DNA from: an uncultured virus (IMG/VR IMGVR_UViG_3300020049_004016)
Taxonomy: Duplodnaviria > Heunggongvirae > Uroviricota > Caudoviricetes
Direction: 5' to 3' (one strand)
Virus record (IMG/VR): IMGVR_UViG_3300020049_004016
Length of the DNA stretch: 64,000 bases
Shown: positions 28,302 through 38,600 of the stretch, in pieces
Position numbering within the stretch: position 1 is the first letter of the stretch
Layout of the letters: each line of letters starts with the position of its first letter
Position numbers and translations under genes: made by a program
Notes under the pieces: model-generated
Told to the model about the DNA's origin: nothing
The model's input: the letters and a program-made list of their open reading frames with translations, nothing else
The model's database searches: none

Positions 28302-30212
28302 ATGCCGTTACAGAAGCTAGTTTTACGCCCTGGAATAAACAAGGAAAACACGAATTACGGTGGAGAAGGCGGGTGGTACGACTGCGATAAAGTTAGATTT
28401 CGTTCTGGAAACCCTGAGAAGATTGGTGGTTGGGTACGTGTAAGTGACGCGCAATATCAAGGTTTGGCACGATCGCTTTGGAACTGGACAAACTATGCAG
28501 GTGATAATTATTTAGGTGTAGGCACTAATCTAAAGTATTATATTGAAGAAGGTAACGTCTATAACGATATTACCCCTATTCGTCGAACTTTTTCTACAAC
28601 AACGACTAACAACTGTTTTGCAACCACTATCGGTTCAAACATAGTCACCGTAACTATTACAGGTAACGGTTCTTCCACAAACGACTTTGTCACCTTCTCT
28701 GGTACCACTGCGGTAGGTGGTATTCCTGCGATCAGTCTTAATTTAGAGTTTCAGGTAACCACACTCACCCCCGATACTTTTACCATAGTAACTGACACAG
28801 CGGCAACATCAACTGTCACTGCGGGTGGCGGCACTGCAATAGTCGCGGCTTTTCAACTAACCACAGGACCTACCGTTTACTCGGTCGGTACCGGTTGGGG
28901 CGCAGGTGGTTGGGGTGTTACTGGATGGGGGTTAGCGTCTTCCACATCGGGTGTCGGCAACCAACTCTTGTTATGGACAAATGATAACTACGGACAAGAC
29001 TTAATAATAGCGCAACGTGGCGGTGGTATATACTACTGGAAAAATAGTTGGGGTCTTACGCATAGAGCCGAGTCTTTACAAACATTAGCAACCGGTGAAG
29101 GATTTGCTGGCGCGTACGTCCCACATAATGTGAGTCAAATAATGTCCAGTTCCATACAGCGGTTTGTTATCGCTTTTGGAGCAAACCCCTATCTATACGG
29201 ATCGCCAAACAATGATTTTGATCCTATGTTGGTGCGATGGTCAGATCAAGAAAACCCGTACCAATGGGTGCCAGATATTACCAATCAGTCAGGTGAGTTT
29301 AGACTGACTCACGGCTCTTATATCGTCACCTCACTCACATCACGACAAGAAAACTTGGTATGGACTGACTCAGCGTTATACTCAATGCAGTTTTTGGGCG
29401 CACCTTATGTGTGGTCATTTAACCTGTTGATGGATAACATCTCAATCGTATCGCCAAACTCTGTTGTTATGGCTAATGATATCGTCTATTGGATGGGTGT
29501 GGATAAGTTCTATATGTACTCCGGTAAAGTCGGTACACTACCATGCACGTTAAAACAGTTTGTGTTTGAGGACTTTAACTACAGCCAAACCTTTCAAGTG
29601 TTTTCTGGTGGTAACTCTGGCTATAACGAAGTGTGGTGGTTTTACTGTTCCGAGTATTCGACCATTATTGACAAGTATGTTATCTATAATTATTTAGATG
29701 ATGTGTGGTACCACGGTTCCTTATCTCGATCAGCGTGGTTAGACTCTGCTACAAGAACTTTCCCCATCTCTGCTGACTATAATAACAGACTGCTTTATCA
29801 CGAAGCTTCTGTTGACGATGTCTCTGGAGAACTCGCTGAACCTATTTATTCGTATGTGACTTCTTCTGATTATGATATTGAAGACGGTCAGCACTTTGGT
29901 TTCATATGGCGCATGTTACCGGACGTTAACTTTAACGGATCGACTGTCAATAACCCGTATGTGGATATGACGATTGTACCTAGAAGAAACTCTGGAGATC
30001 CGTACGGCACGGCTGTCAGTCCTGTGGTGACCAGTGCAAACAACTACGCTGCGCCAAATCCTAGTGTGTACGTCATACAAGAGTTCACAGGTCAGGTCTA
30101 CACTCGACTAAGAGGACGGCAAATGAGTTTTAAAATAGAGTCAACCTCATTAGGTGTCGCTTGGCAGTTAGGCGCTATGCGTGTCGATACACGTCTCGAT
30201 GGTCGTAGATAG
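28302..30212 (+). CDS. Tail nozzle / DNA-stabilisation protein (P22 gp10 / tubular B-like)
   Basis: MPLQKLVLRPGIN...DKVRFRSGNPEKIGGW; VRWSDQE; EVWWFY; RLRGRQM. Confidence 0.75.
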   Translation: MPLQKLVLRPGINKENTNYGGEGGWYDCDKVRFRSGNPEKIGGWVRVSDAQYQGLARSLWNWTNYAGDNYLGVGTNLKYYIEEGNVYNDITPIRRTFSTTTTNNCFATTIGSNIVTVTITGNGSSTNDFVTFSGTTAVGGIPAISLNLEFQVTTLTPDTFTIVTDTAATSTVTAGGGTAIVAAFQLTTGPTVYSVGTGWGAGGWGVTGWGLASSTSGVGNQLLLWTNDNYGQDLIIAQRGGGIYYWKNSWGLTHRAESLQTLATGEGFAGAYVPHNVSQIMSSSIQRFVIAFGANPYLYGSPNNDFDPMLVRWSDQENPYQWVPDITNQSGEFRLTHGSYIVTSLTSRQENLVWTDSALYSMQFLGAPYVWSFNLLMDNISIVSPNSVVMANDIVYWMGVDKFYMYSGKVGTLPCTLKQFVFEDFNYSQTFQVFSGGNSGYNEVWWFYCSEYSTIIDKYVIYNYLDDVWYHGSLSRSAWLDSATRTFPISADYNNRLLYHEASVDDVSGELAEPIYSYVTSSDYDIEDGQHFGFIWRMLPDVNFNGSTVNNPYVDMTIVPRRNSGDPYGTAVSPVVTSANNYAAPNPSVYVIQEFTGQVYTRLRGRQMSFKIESTSLGVAWQLGAMRVDTRLDGRR

Positions 30213-30215
30213 ACT

Positions 30216-30878
30216 ATGATAGTTAAAACAGTACGGCTAATCCCCTCAAAAGCACCTGCGCTACCCATTGCGCCTAATCAATACGATATCTCGCATTTTA
30301 ATATCTATAGTCGAATCTTAAGACTGTATTTTAATCAGATCGATAACTTGTTTGAAAGTATATTAGGCGTTAGTGGAACTAAAACACTGCGTTCAGTTTA
30401 TGGTAGTTTTTACGATACGACCAATCAAACAGCAGCCGCTGCAACAGTAACACCGATAACGATAAACACCACAGCCGTTGCTAATGAAGTGTATATCGGT
30501 ACACCCACCTCACGGGTCTATGTTACTAACGCAGGTGTGTACAACATTCAGTTTAGTTTACAGTTGGCTAATACGGGTACAGGTACGCCTAACATAGATA
30601 ACGTCACCGTATGGTTTAGGCTCAATGGTGTAGATATGCCCAACTCTGCCAGTATTATGGAAGTGCAACCAAGACGGGGTTCAGTTGACGGGCATACCAT
30701 ATTAGCGTTGAACTTTATGTTGGAGATGAATGCGACCGATTATGTTGAACTCTATTGGACGACTGATACAGGTACTACGCAGATTATAACGTACACATCA
30801 TCTGCTATACCGCCCGTGCATCCGGCCTCACCTGCTGTTATACTAACGGTAAGTTTTGTATCAGCCTTGGCGAATTAA
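30216..30878 (+). CDS. Virion protein with C1q/TNF-like beta domain
   Basis: YGSFYDTTNQ..AGVYNIQFSLQL..VWFRLNG..DYVELYW. Confidence 0.6.
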   Translation: MIVKTVRLIPSKAPALPIAPNQYDISHFNIYSRILRLYFNQIDNLFESILGVSGTKTLRSVYGSFYDTTNQTAAAATVTPITINTTAVANEVYIGTPTSRVYVTNAGVYNIQFSLQLANTGTGTPNIDNVTVWFRLNGVDMPNSASIMEVQPRRGSVDGHTILALNFMLEMNATDYVELYWTTDTGTTQIITYTSSAIPPVHPASPAVILTVSFVSALAN

Positions 30879-30880
30879 CG

Positions 30881-31303
30881 ATGAGCAATCTAGCACTATT
30901 AGGCACAATGCCTGAGATACTACAAATAGAACAAGAGATCTTAAAACTCCCTCAAGTAGAGTGTCCTGTTACGCATTATCAGATCGAAGGGGTGTATGTT
31001 AGAAGTATGTTCATCCCTGCGGGTACAATGCTAACAGGTAAGATCCACAATTTTGAAAATATAGCCATCCTTGCTCAAGGCACTATTCGGATCACTAACG
31101 GTTCTGAATCTTACGTTTTAACTGCTCCACATATCTTGGTGGATAAACCTGGCGTCAAACGCTTAGGTTACGCAGAAACAGATGTGACTTTTATAACTGT
31201 ACACAGAACAGACAACGTGGAGATAGACGACCTTGAAAAAGAACTTGTCTCTAAAACTTTTGAAGAATATGAACAGCAACGGCTGTTGGGAGAAATAGTA
31301 TGA
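30881..31303 (+). CDS. Cupin-like phage protein
   Basis: THY..GVYVRSMFIPAGTMLTGKIH...PGVKRLGYA..FITVH. Confidence 0.65.
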   Translation: MSNLALLGTMPEILQIEQEILKLPQVECPVTHYQIEGVYVRSMFIPAGTMLTGKIHNFENIAILAQGTIRITNGSESYVLTAPHILVDKPGVKRLGYAETDVTFITVHRTDNVEIDDLEKELVSKTFEEYEQQRLLGEIV

Positions 31304-32709
31304 GTTTTTTTGCAACAGCAGCAGCGTTAGGAACAGCCGCAGCAACGTCCTTAGCAGGTGCAGCAGCAACAGCGATCGGTGTTGGTGGGTTATCCGCAGG
31401 TGCCGCAGGTGTCGCTGGAACAATAGGTTCTCTTGCTGGAACAGCTATCGGAGGCGGGTTAGCAGGTGCTGCACTTGGGGCAGGAACTTCTGCGTTAACG
31501 GGTGGTGATGTCGGTAAAGGCGCGTTGATGGGTGGTGTTACAGGATTGGCTGGCGGTGCTGTTGGTGGAGTTGCTAGTGCTGCTGGTGCTGGAGCAACCG
31601 CTGCCGGTGCTGCTGGTGGTGCTGCTGGTGGTGCTGCTGGAGCAGCAGCCGGTGGAGAAGATCCTTTAAAAGGCGCTTTGATTGGTGGAGCTCTTGGTGG
31701 GGTGGGTGGTGCAATGGCACCTGAAGCTGGTGCAGTTTCTGGTATCAAACAGGTCGGGGAGTTGTCCGCTAACCCTACAACAAGTGCTTTGCAATCACAA
31801 GCTTCCGGAGCATCAAGTCCGTTAATACAAGGTGCCAACACACCAACATCAACTGCATCAATGGTTAGAGGTATTGCAAATCCTTCTACAGCAACACAAT
31901 ACGCTAATCTTCCAGCGTCAGATATGTCTGGGATAACTCAACCATCGTCTGGTGGCTATTTACAAAAAGGTATCGATATGATTGCCGAACATCCTGGTGC
32001 GGCTATGCAAGTGGCTGGACTAGGTATTGGTATGCTCGGTTCACCACAACAGCAAGCACAAGAGCAAAAATTGCAATCTACAAACGTGCCTGACTATACA
32101 TCTGATAACTTCCAACGCTATCAAGCGACCCCTTATTACGCAGAAGGTGGTGAAGTACAAGCACCCCAAGGTGCGCCTCAAGGTCCGATGAATCCGATTG
32201 TTGCTAGAGCATTAGCTACTCAACAAGCACAAATGCAACAGCAAGCACCTCAACCTGCGCCTATGCAACCCGCGCCTGTACAACCTATGCAACCTATGCA
32301 ACCTACGCCAGTACAACCCATGCAACCTGCCCCTCAAGTTGCCCCTCAACAAGGGATTGCCCAACCACAACAACCTGTTGGTATGGCGAGTGGTGGAATT
32401 ACGGACGGTTATAACTTGGGCGACTATGCACATGGCGGTAATCCTAGACTGTTAAAAGGCCCTGGTTCGGGGATTAGTGACCAAATACCGGCCACCATAG
32501 GGGAAGACGGTAAGCAACCTGCAAGACTCGCAACAGGGGAATTTGTAGTGCCCGCCCGTATTGTGTCTGAGTTGGGTAGTGGCGATACAGATGCTGGTGG
32601 TAAGGTTTTACAACAGATGGTCGATCGTATTCAAGCACGTAGATCTAAAACGGTAGGTAAAGGTAAAGTGGCTGCTGACTCAAAAGCGCATAAGGTTTTA
32701 CCCGCATGA
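31300..32709 (+). CDS. DNA ejection / internal virion protein
   Basis: Gly/Ala-rich N-terminus; GPGSGISDQIPA...ARLATGEFVVPA C-domain. Confidence 0.7.
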   Translation: MSFFATAAALGTAAATSLAGAAATAIGVGGLSAGAAGVAGTIGSLAGTAIGGGLAGAALGAGTSALTGGDVGKGALMGGVTGLAGGAVGGVASAAGAGATAAGAAGGAAGGAAGAAAGGEDPLKGALIGGALGGVGGAMAPEAGAVSGIKQVGELSANPTTSALQSQASGASSPLIQGANTPTSTASMVRGIANPSTATQYANLPASDMSGITQPSSGGYLQKGIDMIAEHPGAAMQVAGLGIGMLGSPQQQAQEQKLQSTNVPDYTSDNFQRYQATPYYAEGGEVQAPQGAPQGPMNPIVARALATQQAQMQQQAPQPAPMQPAPVQPMQPMQPTPVQPMQPAPQVAPQQGIAQPQQPVGMASGGITDGYNLGDYAHGGNPRLLKGPGSGISDQIPATIGEDGKQPARLATGEFVVPARIVSELGSGDTDAGGKVLQQMVDRIQARRSKTVGKGKVAADSKAHKVLPA

Positions 32710-33128
32710 TAACGGTGCAGTACGTTGATCCTATTTATATTCAGCAGGTTTGGCCTACTGTAAAGCCTTGGTTTATACCTGTGTTTGAAAAAGGCCTACT
32801 GTCTCTTTACTACTCGATAGATAATTTGAAAGACTATGTTATCAGAGGTGAGCAAACGCTTCTGATCGGGACCGATGACAGTCAACAAATACAAGCGGCT
32901 GTCACTGTCCAATGGTCTAATTACCCTAACACCAGAGTAGCGTATATAACCGCATTTGGTGGTAATATAGGTAAAGAAATTGAAGTATATGACACTTTCA
33001 TGGATTGGTTAAAATCTATGGGTGCAACACGTGTAGAGTGTTCAGCAAGACCCTCAGTCGCCCGACTGCTAAGAAACAAAATGGGTTTTACTGCAAGTAA
33101 ACAAATCAATGTGGAACTACTATTATGA
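32706..33128 (+). CDS. GNAT-like protein among the ejection genes
   Basis: VAYITAFGG...GATRVECSARPSVARLL..MGF. Confidence 0.55.
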   Translation: MITVQYVDPIYIQQVWPTVKPWFIPVFEKGLLSLYYSIDNLKDYVIRGEQTLLIGTDDSQQIQAAVTVQWSNYPNTRVAYITAFGGNIGKEIEVYDTFMDWLKSMGATRVECSARPSVARLLRNKMGFTASKQINVELLL

Positions 33129-35632
33129 TATTCAAATTAAAAAACCTACACAAATTCTTTTTCACGTATATCTGCCCTACTTTCTATAGTGGTTCGCCTC
33201 CGCCTGCCCCGACTAATACCACACAGACTCAAAATATAAACAGTATTCCTGAGCAGTTAATGCCCTTTGCGTTAGGCAATCTGCAAGCCGCGAAGAAACA
33301 ACTGTTTACCACAGATAGTAAAGGTAAGATCACAGGTTATCAGCCGTACACACCTTATAGCACCGACGCGAATAAATACGTAGCGGGTTTTAGCGGAATG
33401 CAAACGCAAGCGCAACAAGGTGCGGCTAACTTACAAATGCCCGGTCAGATGGGTGCCGCGACAGGTCTTGCCGGTGCAAGTTCGTTAGGCGCATTGGGTG
33501 CAGGTAATCAGTACGCTCAACAAGCAACAGATCCAAACTCGATTGCTGCGTATATGTCACCGTACATGCAGAACGTCACCGACTATCAGACTCAACAAGC
33601 GAACAGACAGTTTGATATTACAGGTGCTCAACAAATGAGTGCGGGTACACGTGCTGGTGCATTTGGTGGTAGCCGTGAGGCGCTGATGGCGGCTGAGAAC
33701 GAGCGTAACCGTAACCAAGCGATTACAGGGATTCAAGCAACCAACTCTCAGAACGCTTTTCAAAACGCTCAATCCGCACAACAGTTTGGTGCTAATCTTG
33801 GACTGCAAGGTTATCAGACTGGGCTCCAAGGTGCGCAACTATTGGGTAACCTTGGCGAGCAACAACTCGGTATGGAAACTGGCATCCTTAATACGCAAAA
33901 TCAATACGGTGCTGAACAACAAGCCAGAGAACAAGCGCTCATTAATCAGAACATAAAGAATTACGAGAACGAACAGAATCAACCTTACCGTGCGATGACA
34001 ATGTTTTCTGATCTTGTTCGAGGTACGCCAACCAATCAATCCTCATCAACTGCGTACACTTCTGTTGCTAACCCTAGTTACGCGCAACAAATTGGTGGTT
34101 TGCTTGGTACGGCTGGAAGCTTGTACGGTGCGTATAAAGGTAAAGCGAATGGTGGTATTGTCCAAGCGTACGCTGGTGGCGGTGTTACCGAAACGGTTGA
34201 AAGTAGCATGGAAGCTAAGCTACGCGACATGTCGCCCGAACAACTACGCGCCTACCTTCCGTCTATAACCAGTCAAGAAGAACTGAATATCGCTAAGATG
34301 ATATTGGCTGAAGAAGTACCACAAATGGCAACTGGTGGTATTGTTGGGTATAGCGGTAGAGATGGTAGTTTGGTTGAGGAAAATCCAAAAACTGAGGAAG
34401 AAATTTTAATGTGGGAGAAAACCCACGGCCTACCTTTTGAGCGTAAAAAACAAACAGAGGTTGGAGCAAAAACACCTATCCTTGTTTCAGACAGTGCGCT
34501 ACCTATTGCAAACAAAGGTATAACAAGCGTTCCTGAAATAAAAGAACCTGTAAGTCAGATAGGTCAAGTTGCGCCTATGTCTGAAGATTACGATAACCCT
34601 ATATACACAAATAGAAAATCATCAGGGATTAAAGATGAAGCCGTGACAAACATCCCAGATTATGCTTTGTCGGAAGTCGGTAAAGCTACTAAGGCTGCGG
34701 GCATGGAAGAACCGATAACACCTGTTATTAATCTTGAAGAACCTGCGGTGCAACAAGCGCCTGAAGATGATGGTTTGTCTGAACAGCGAGCGACTGCGGC
34801 TAAGACACCTTTGCAGATCATGGAAGAGCAAAATGCGGAAAGAGAAAAGGCAGGTATCAAATCACCTGATCAAATCTCTGCCGAGCAACGCAAAGAAATC
34901 ATGGCAGAGAAGTCAAACATCGGTGAGGAAAGCAAACGTCAGATGTACTTACGCATGGCTGAGTTCTTCTCGAACTGGGGATCTACACCTGGCTTACCAT
35001 TGGTTGCAGGTCTGAAGGCGATGAAGGACACCATACCAGGTGTTATGTCTGACAGCAAAGAAGACCATGCGGCTTATAAGGCTGTTAACAAATCGTTACG
35101 CGATCTCGAACATGCAACCGAGCTTGAGAAAGCAGGCCACTTCGACAAAGCCTATGCGATCAAAGAACAAGCCTCTGCGACCGTACTCAAACACAAAGAG
35201 AAAGTCGCTGATTGGGCGCATGATGAACACTTGCGTCAAATAGATATTGCTTCTCGTGAGAAGGTTGCTGGTATGAATGTTGGTGCGCAAATGGCTGGCC
35301 ATGCGATGACTCTTAAAAACAGAGCTGAAGGTAGCAGTAAATTTAATGCATCGTCATATAGTCCTGTTTATACAGCAAAAACAAAAAGGATTGCCGAAAT
35401 AAGACCGCTTATCTCGGATTTAAAAGGCTCTACATCGCCAGAAGATAAAGCCGAATTAAAAGCCTTACAGGATGAATATGCTACTCTATCGGAAGAAGCA
35501 AAACAAATTGAAGAAGTTATGTTAAGAGAAGGGCGAGGAGGTTATGTTGCTCCACCGCTTTCTAAAAAAATAGAATCAGACGCGGATAGAGCGGCACGCA
35601 TTGCAGCATCTTTGGCTAAAACAGGAGGTTAA
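33125..35632 (+). CDS. DNA ejection / internal virion protein
   Basis: AYMSPYMQNV, AGAFGGSR and Gln-rich helical region typical of ejection proteins. Confidence 0.7.
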   Translation: MIFKLKNLHKFFFTYICPTFYSGSPPPAPTNTTQTQNINSIPEQLMPFALGNLQAAKKQLFTTDSKGKITGYQPYTPYSTDANKYVAGFSGMQTQAQQGAANLQMPGQMGAATGLAGASSLGALGAGNQYAQQATDPNSIAAYMSPYMQNVTDYQTQQANRQFDITGAQQMSAGTRAGAFGGSREALMAAENERNRNQAITGIQATNSQNAFQNAQSAQQFGANLGLQGYQTGLQGAQLLGNLGEQQLGMETGILNTQNQYGAEQQAREQALINQNIKNYENEQNQPYRAMTMFSDLVRGTPTNQSSSTAYTSVANPSYAQQIGGLLGTAGSLYGAYKGKANGGIVQAYAGGGVTETVESSMEAKLRDMSPEQLRAYLPSITSQEELNIAKMILAEEVPQMATGGIVGYSGRDGSLVEENPKTEEEILMWEKTHGLPFERKKQTEVGAKTPILVSDSALPIANKGITSVPEIKEPVSQIGQVAPMSEDYDNPIYTNRKSSGIKDEAVTNIPDYALSEVGKATKAAGMEEPITPVINLEEPAVQQAPEDDGLSEQRATAAKTPLQIMEEQNAEREKAGIKSPDQISAEQRKEIMAEKSNIGEESKRQMYLRMAEFFSNWGSTPGLPLVAGLKAMKDTIPGVMSDSKEDHAAYKAVNKSLRDLEHATELEKAGHFDKAYAIKEQASATVLKHKEKVADWAHDEHLRQIDIASREKVAGMNVGAQMAGHAMTLKNRAEGSSKFNASSYSPVYTAKTKRIAEIRPLISDLKGSTSPEDKAELKALQDEYATLSEEAKQIEEVMLREGRGGYVAPPLSKKIESDADRAARIAASLAKTGG

Positions 35633-35635
35633 ATA

Positions 35636-38600
35636 GTGGCTACTAATGAGGATTTTTTAAACACAATCATGCAACTTGAATCTGGTGGAAGACAAGGTTT
35701 AACGTCTTCTGCTGGTGCAACAGGTAGAATGCAAACAATGGGTGCGACAAGAAGAGATCCTGGGTTTGGGGTTATTCCTGCACAAGATGATTCTTTAGAG
35801 GAAGGTGATCGTGTTGGTAGAGATTACGCATTAGCCTTATTAAACCACTATGATAATGATCCTGCACTAGCTTTGGCTGCATACAATTCAGGGCCAGGTA
35901 CTGTCAACAAGTATGGCGGTGTTCCTCCATATAAAGAAACTCAAAACTATGTCACTAGAGGTTTGAGCATGTTGAATAGTTCAGGACAAACAAACGAAGA
36001 AGTTTCTCCTGAAGATTTAGCGTGGTATGAAGAGTATAGAAAGAAACAAGCCGCACCTGCTACCGAAGAGGTGACACCAGAAGACTTGGCTTGGTATGAG
36101 GAGTATAAAAAGAAACAAGCAGAACCCATCCAAGAAGACCGTACTGCAAAAGAAGTCGGTAGCGACATTGGCACTGCGGTTGGTAAAGGTATTATCGGTG
36201 TGCCGCAAGCGTTGGTTGGTTTAGCTGATATACCTACCGGTGGTAAAGTTGGAAAGTATCTTGAGGAGAAAGGATACAATTTTGAAAAGATGCAAAAGCA
36301 ACTTAGCGAACAGTATTCCCCTCAACAAAAAGAAGATATCAAAGCGTTAGAAGAAGCTAAAGGTATATCAGAAAATCTTAAAGCCGCTATGGAACATCCT
36401 GAAGCGGTCTTATCTATGGTGGGTGAATCGGCAATCCCTGCGGTAGCTGGTGGCATGATGGGACGAGTTGCTAAAGCGGCAGGTCTTGTTAAATCAACAG
36501 CCGTTGCTGCGGGTGTTGGGGAAGGTCTTCTTGCGGCAGGGCAAAGTGCCCAAGACATTCGTGTTCAATCACCAGAAAGAGAGCTCTCAACTAAAGGTGC
36601 ATTGTCGGCACTAGGTGCTGGTGCTGGAACAGCGGCACTAGGAACTTTAGGTAGTAAAGCAACCACTGCTCTTGGTGGTATCGATCTTGACACACTGATT
36701 GTGGGCGGTGCTAGAAAAGCGATAACCAAAGAGGTTGGCGAAGAGGTTGCTAAAACGCCAGGTATGTTTAGGCGTGTGATAACTTCTGCGTTTGGCGAAG
36801 GTGTGTTGGAAGAAGCGCCACAGTCTGCGCAAGAGCAGATGTTCCAAAACTATGCGACCGATAAACCACTGTTAGAAGGTGTTGAGAACGCGGCTATAAA
36901 AGGCACCATGTTAGGCTCTGTTATGGGTGGAGGTATCGGTCTTGTGCCGACAGGTAAAGCTGAAGAACCTACACCTACACCTACGCCTACACCTACAACC
37001 ACCACTCCTGAAGAGAAACCGTTAACCGAAAGAGAGATCGAATACAACAAAGATCAGGCTCTTAAACAGCGTTCTAATGAAATAGAAGCTATTGGTATTC
37101 CTCCTGAAACAAAACTTCATGACGATCTTCTAGCTCACGATTTGAGTACACCTGAAGGCGTTGCCGAAGCTAGAAAAACAATCGACACGGCTATCCAAAC
37201 AGAAACCGATTTGCCTGAAGACTTTGATATTGGTTATGCGGAAGACTTCCTAAAACGAGCAGAAGAAAATTTAACCAAACCTAAAGAAGTTGTTACACCC
37301 GAAGCCGAAGTTACCACGCCAACTGCTGAAGTTACCACGCCAGTTACTACGCCAATTGCTGATACTGTTACTCCTGAAGACCAAGGTGTTGCTCAAAAAC
37401 AACAAACCGTAGAAGCTGACGAGCGTTTAGCGCATGCGGAAGATACGATTAACAAGGTTGTGACGAACGAGATTCCTTACGAGTCTCCAGAAGTAATAAC
37501 AGCTGCTAAAAACCTAGATGTGTTTGATACTGCGTACACACCAATACAACAAGCGCAAGCAGTGCAAGACAAAATAAGAGAAATAAAAGCCACACCTGCT
37601 GTTGAGCCAACTACACAAACCACAAAAGAACAAGTTGTACAACCAGAAACAGATCAAACCTTTTCCGTAGCGCCTACCGAAAAGAGCACACCCTATACAG
37701 CTGAACTTCTTAAGCGATCATTAACGCCTGAGATGAGGCGACTTGTGGACAGCGGTAAAGCGGTTCTCCATGATACGCAAGACACCTTACCTAGTACGAA
37801 TCATCCTGCTAACGTGCAAGGTATGACTACACCTGAAGGCATTACACATTACGTTGCTAACAAACTAAATCCAACCACTATTCAGAACGTAGCGTTACAC
37901 GAAGTCGGTGTGCATACTGGTATGAAAAACATGGTTGGCGATAAAGTTTGGGAAGATGTTAAGAACCAAGCGATGACGAATCAAGGTCCTGAGTTCGATG
38001 CGGCACGAGCAAGTATCCCTAAAGATACGCCTGCCCATCTACACGCTGAGGAAGCGTTAGCGTATCTAGTTGAGAACAGTTCGCATTTACCTTTTATACG
38101 CAGACTGATCGCTGCTGTTCGTAACTGGGCACGTACCACATTCGGTACGAATCTTAGACTGTCTCAAGATGATGCAAGACACTTAGCCACGCGAGCTTTG
38201 CGTAAAGAGTCACAATCTAAAAAGACAACGGCTCGTAAAGAAGGTACTGCGTACTCTATATCGCCAGAAGATCGAACTGCTGCCGAGTCTGCGGAGCGTA
38301 GACGTGCTGAGAATACACCTCCACCTGTGAGTAAACCTAAGCGGACTTTTGGTGAGGTTGCTACCGATACTTTAGACATGATCGAAACGATGGCGACATC
38401 TTTTGATGCGCGTTATATCAATCAGTTAAGACGGTCTTTAAACAAGTCTTTAAAGAAAGGCGATATGTCTGTGGCCGATATAACCAAAGTGATGTTAAGA
38501 GCATCGCAAGCGCAAAGCGTTCACGCGGGTTCTGTTGGTGCGCAAGGCGCTATTCGTGGCAGTTTGAAAAAGAATGACGTAACCCAAACTTGGGACGCTG

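Noticed and set aside
31251..31841. Long antisense ORFs (also 9831-10277, 26649-27080, 60257-60634 and similar)
   Set aside because: Shadow frames of Gly/Ala-rich or codon-biased real genes, with no recognisable motifs
36966..37010. CCTACA tandem repeat as a phase-variable locus
   Set aside because: In-frame 6-nt unit encoding a Pro-Thr linker; length change would not shift the frame
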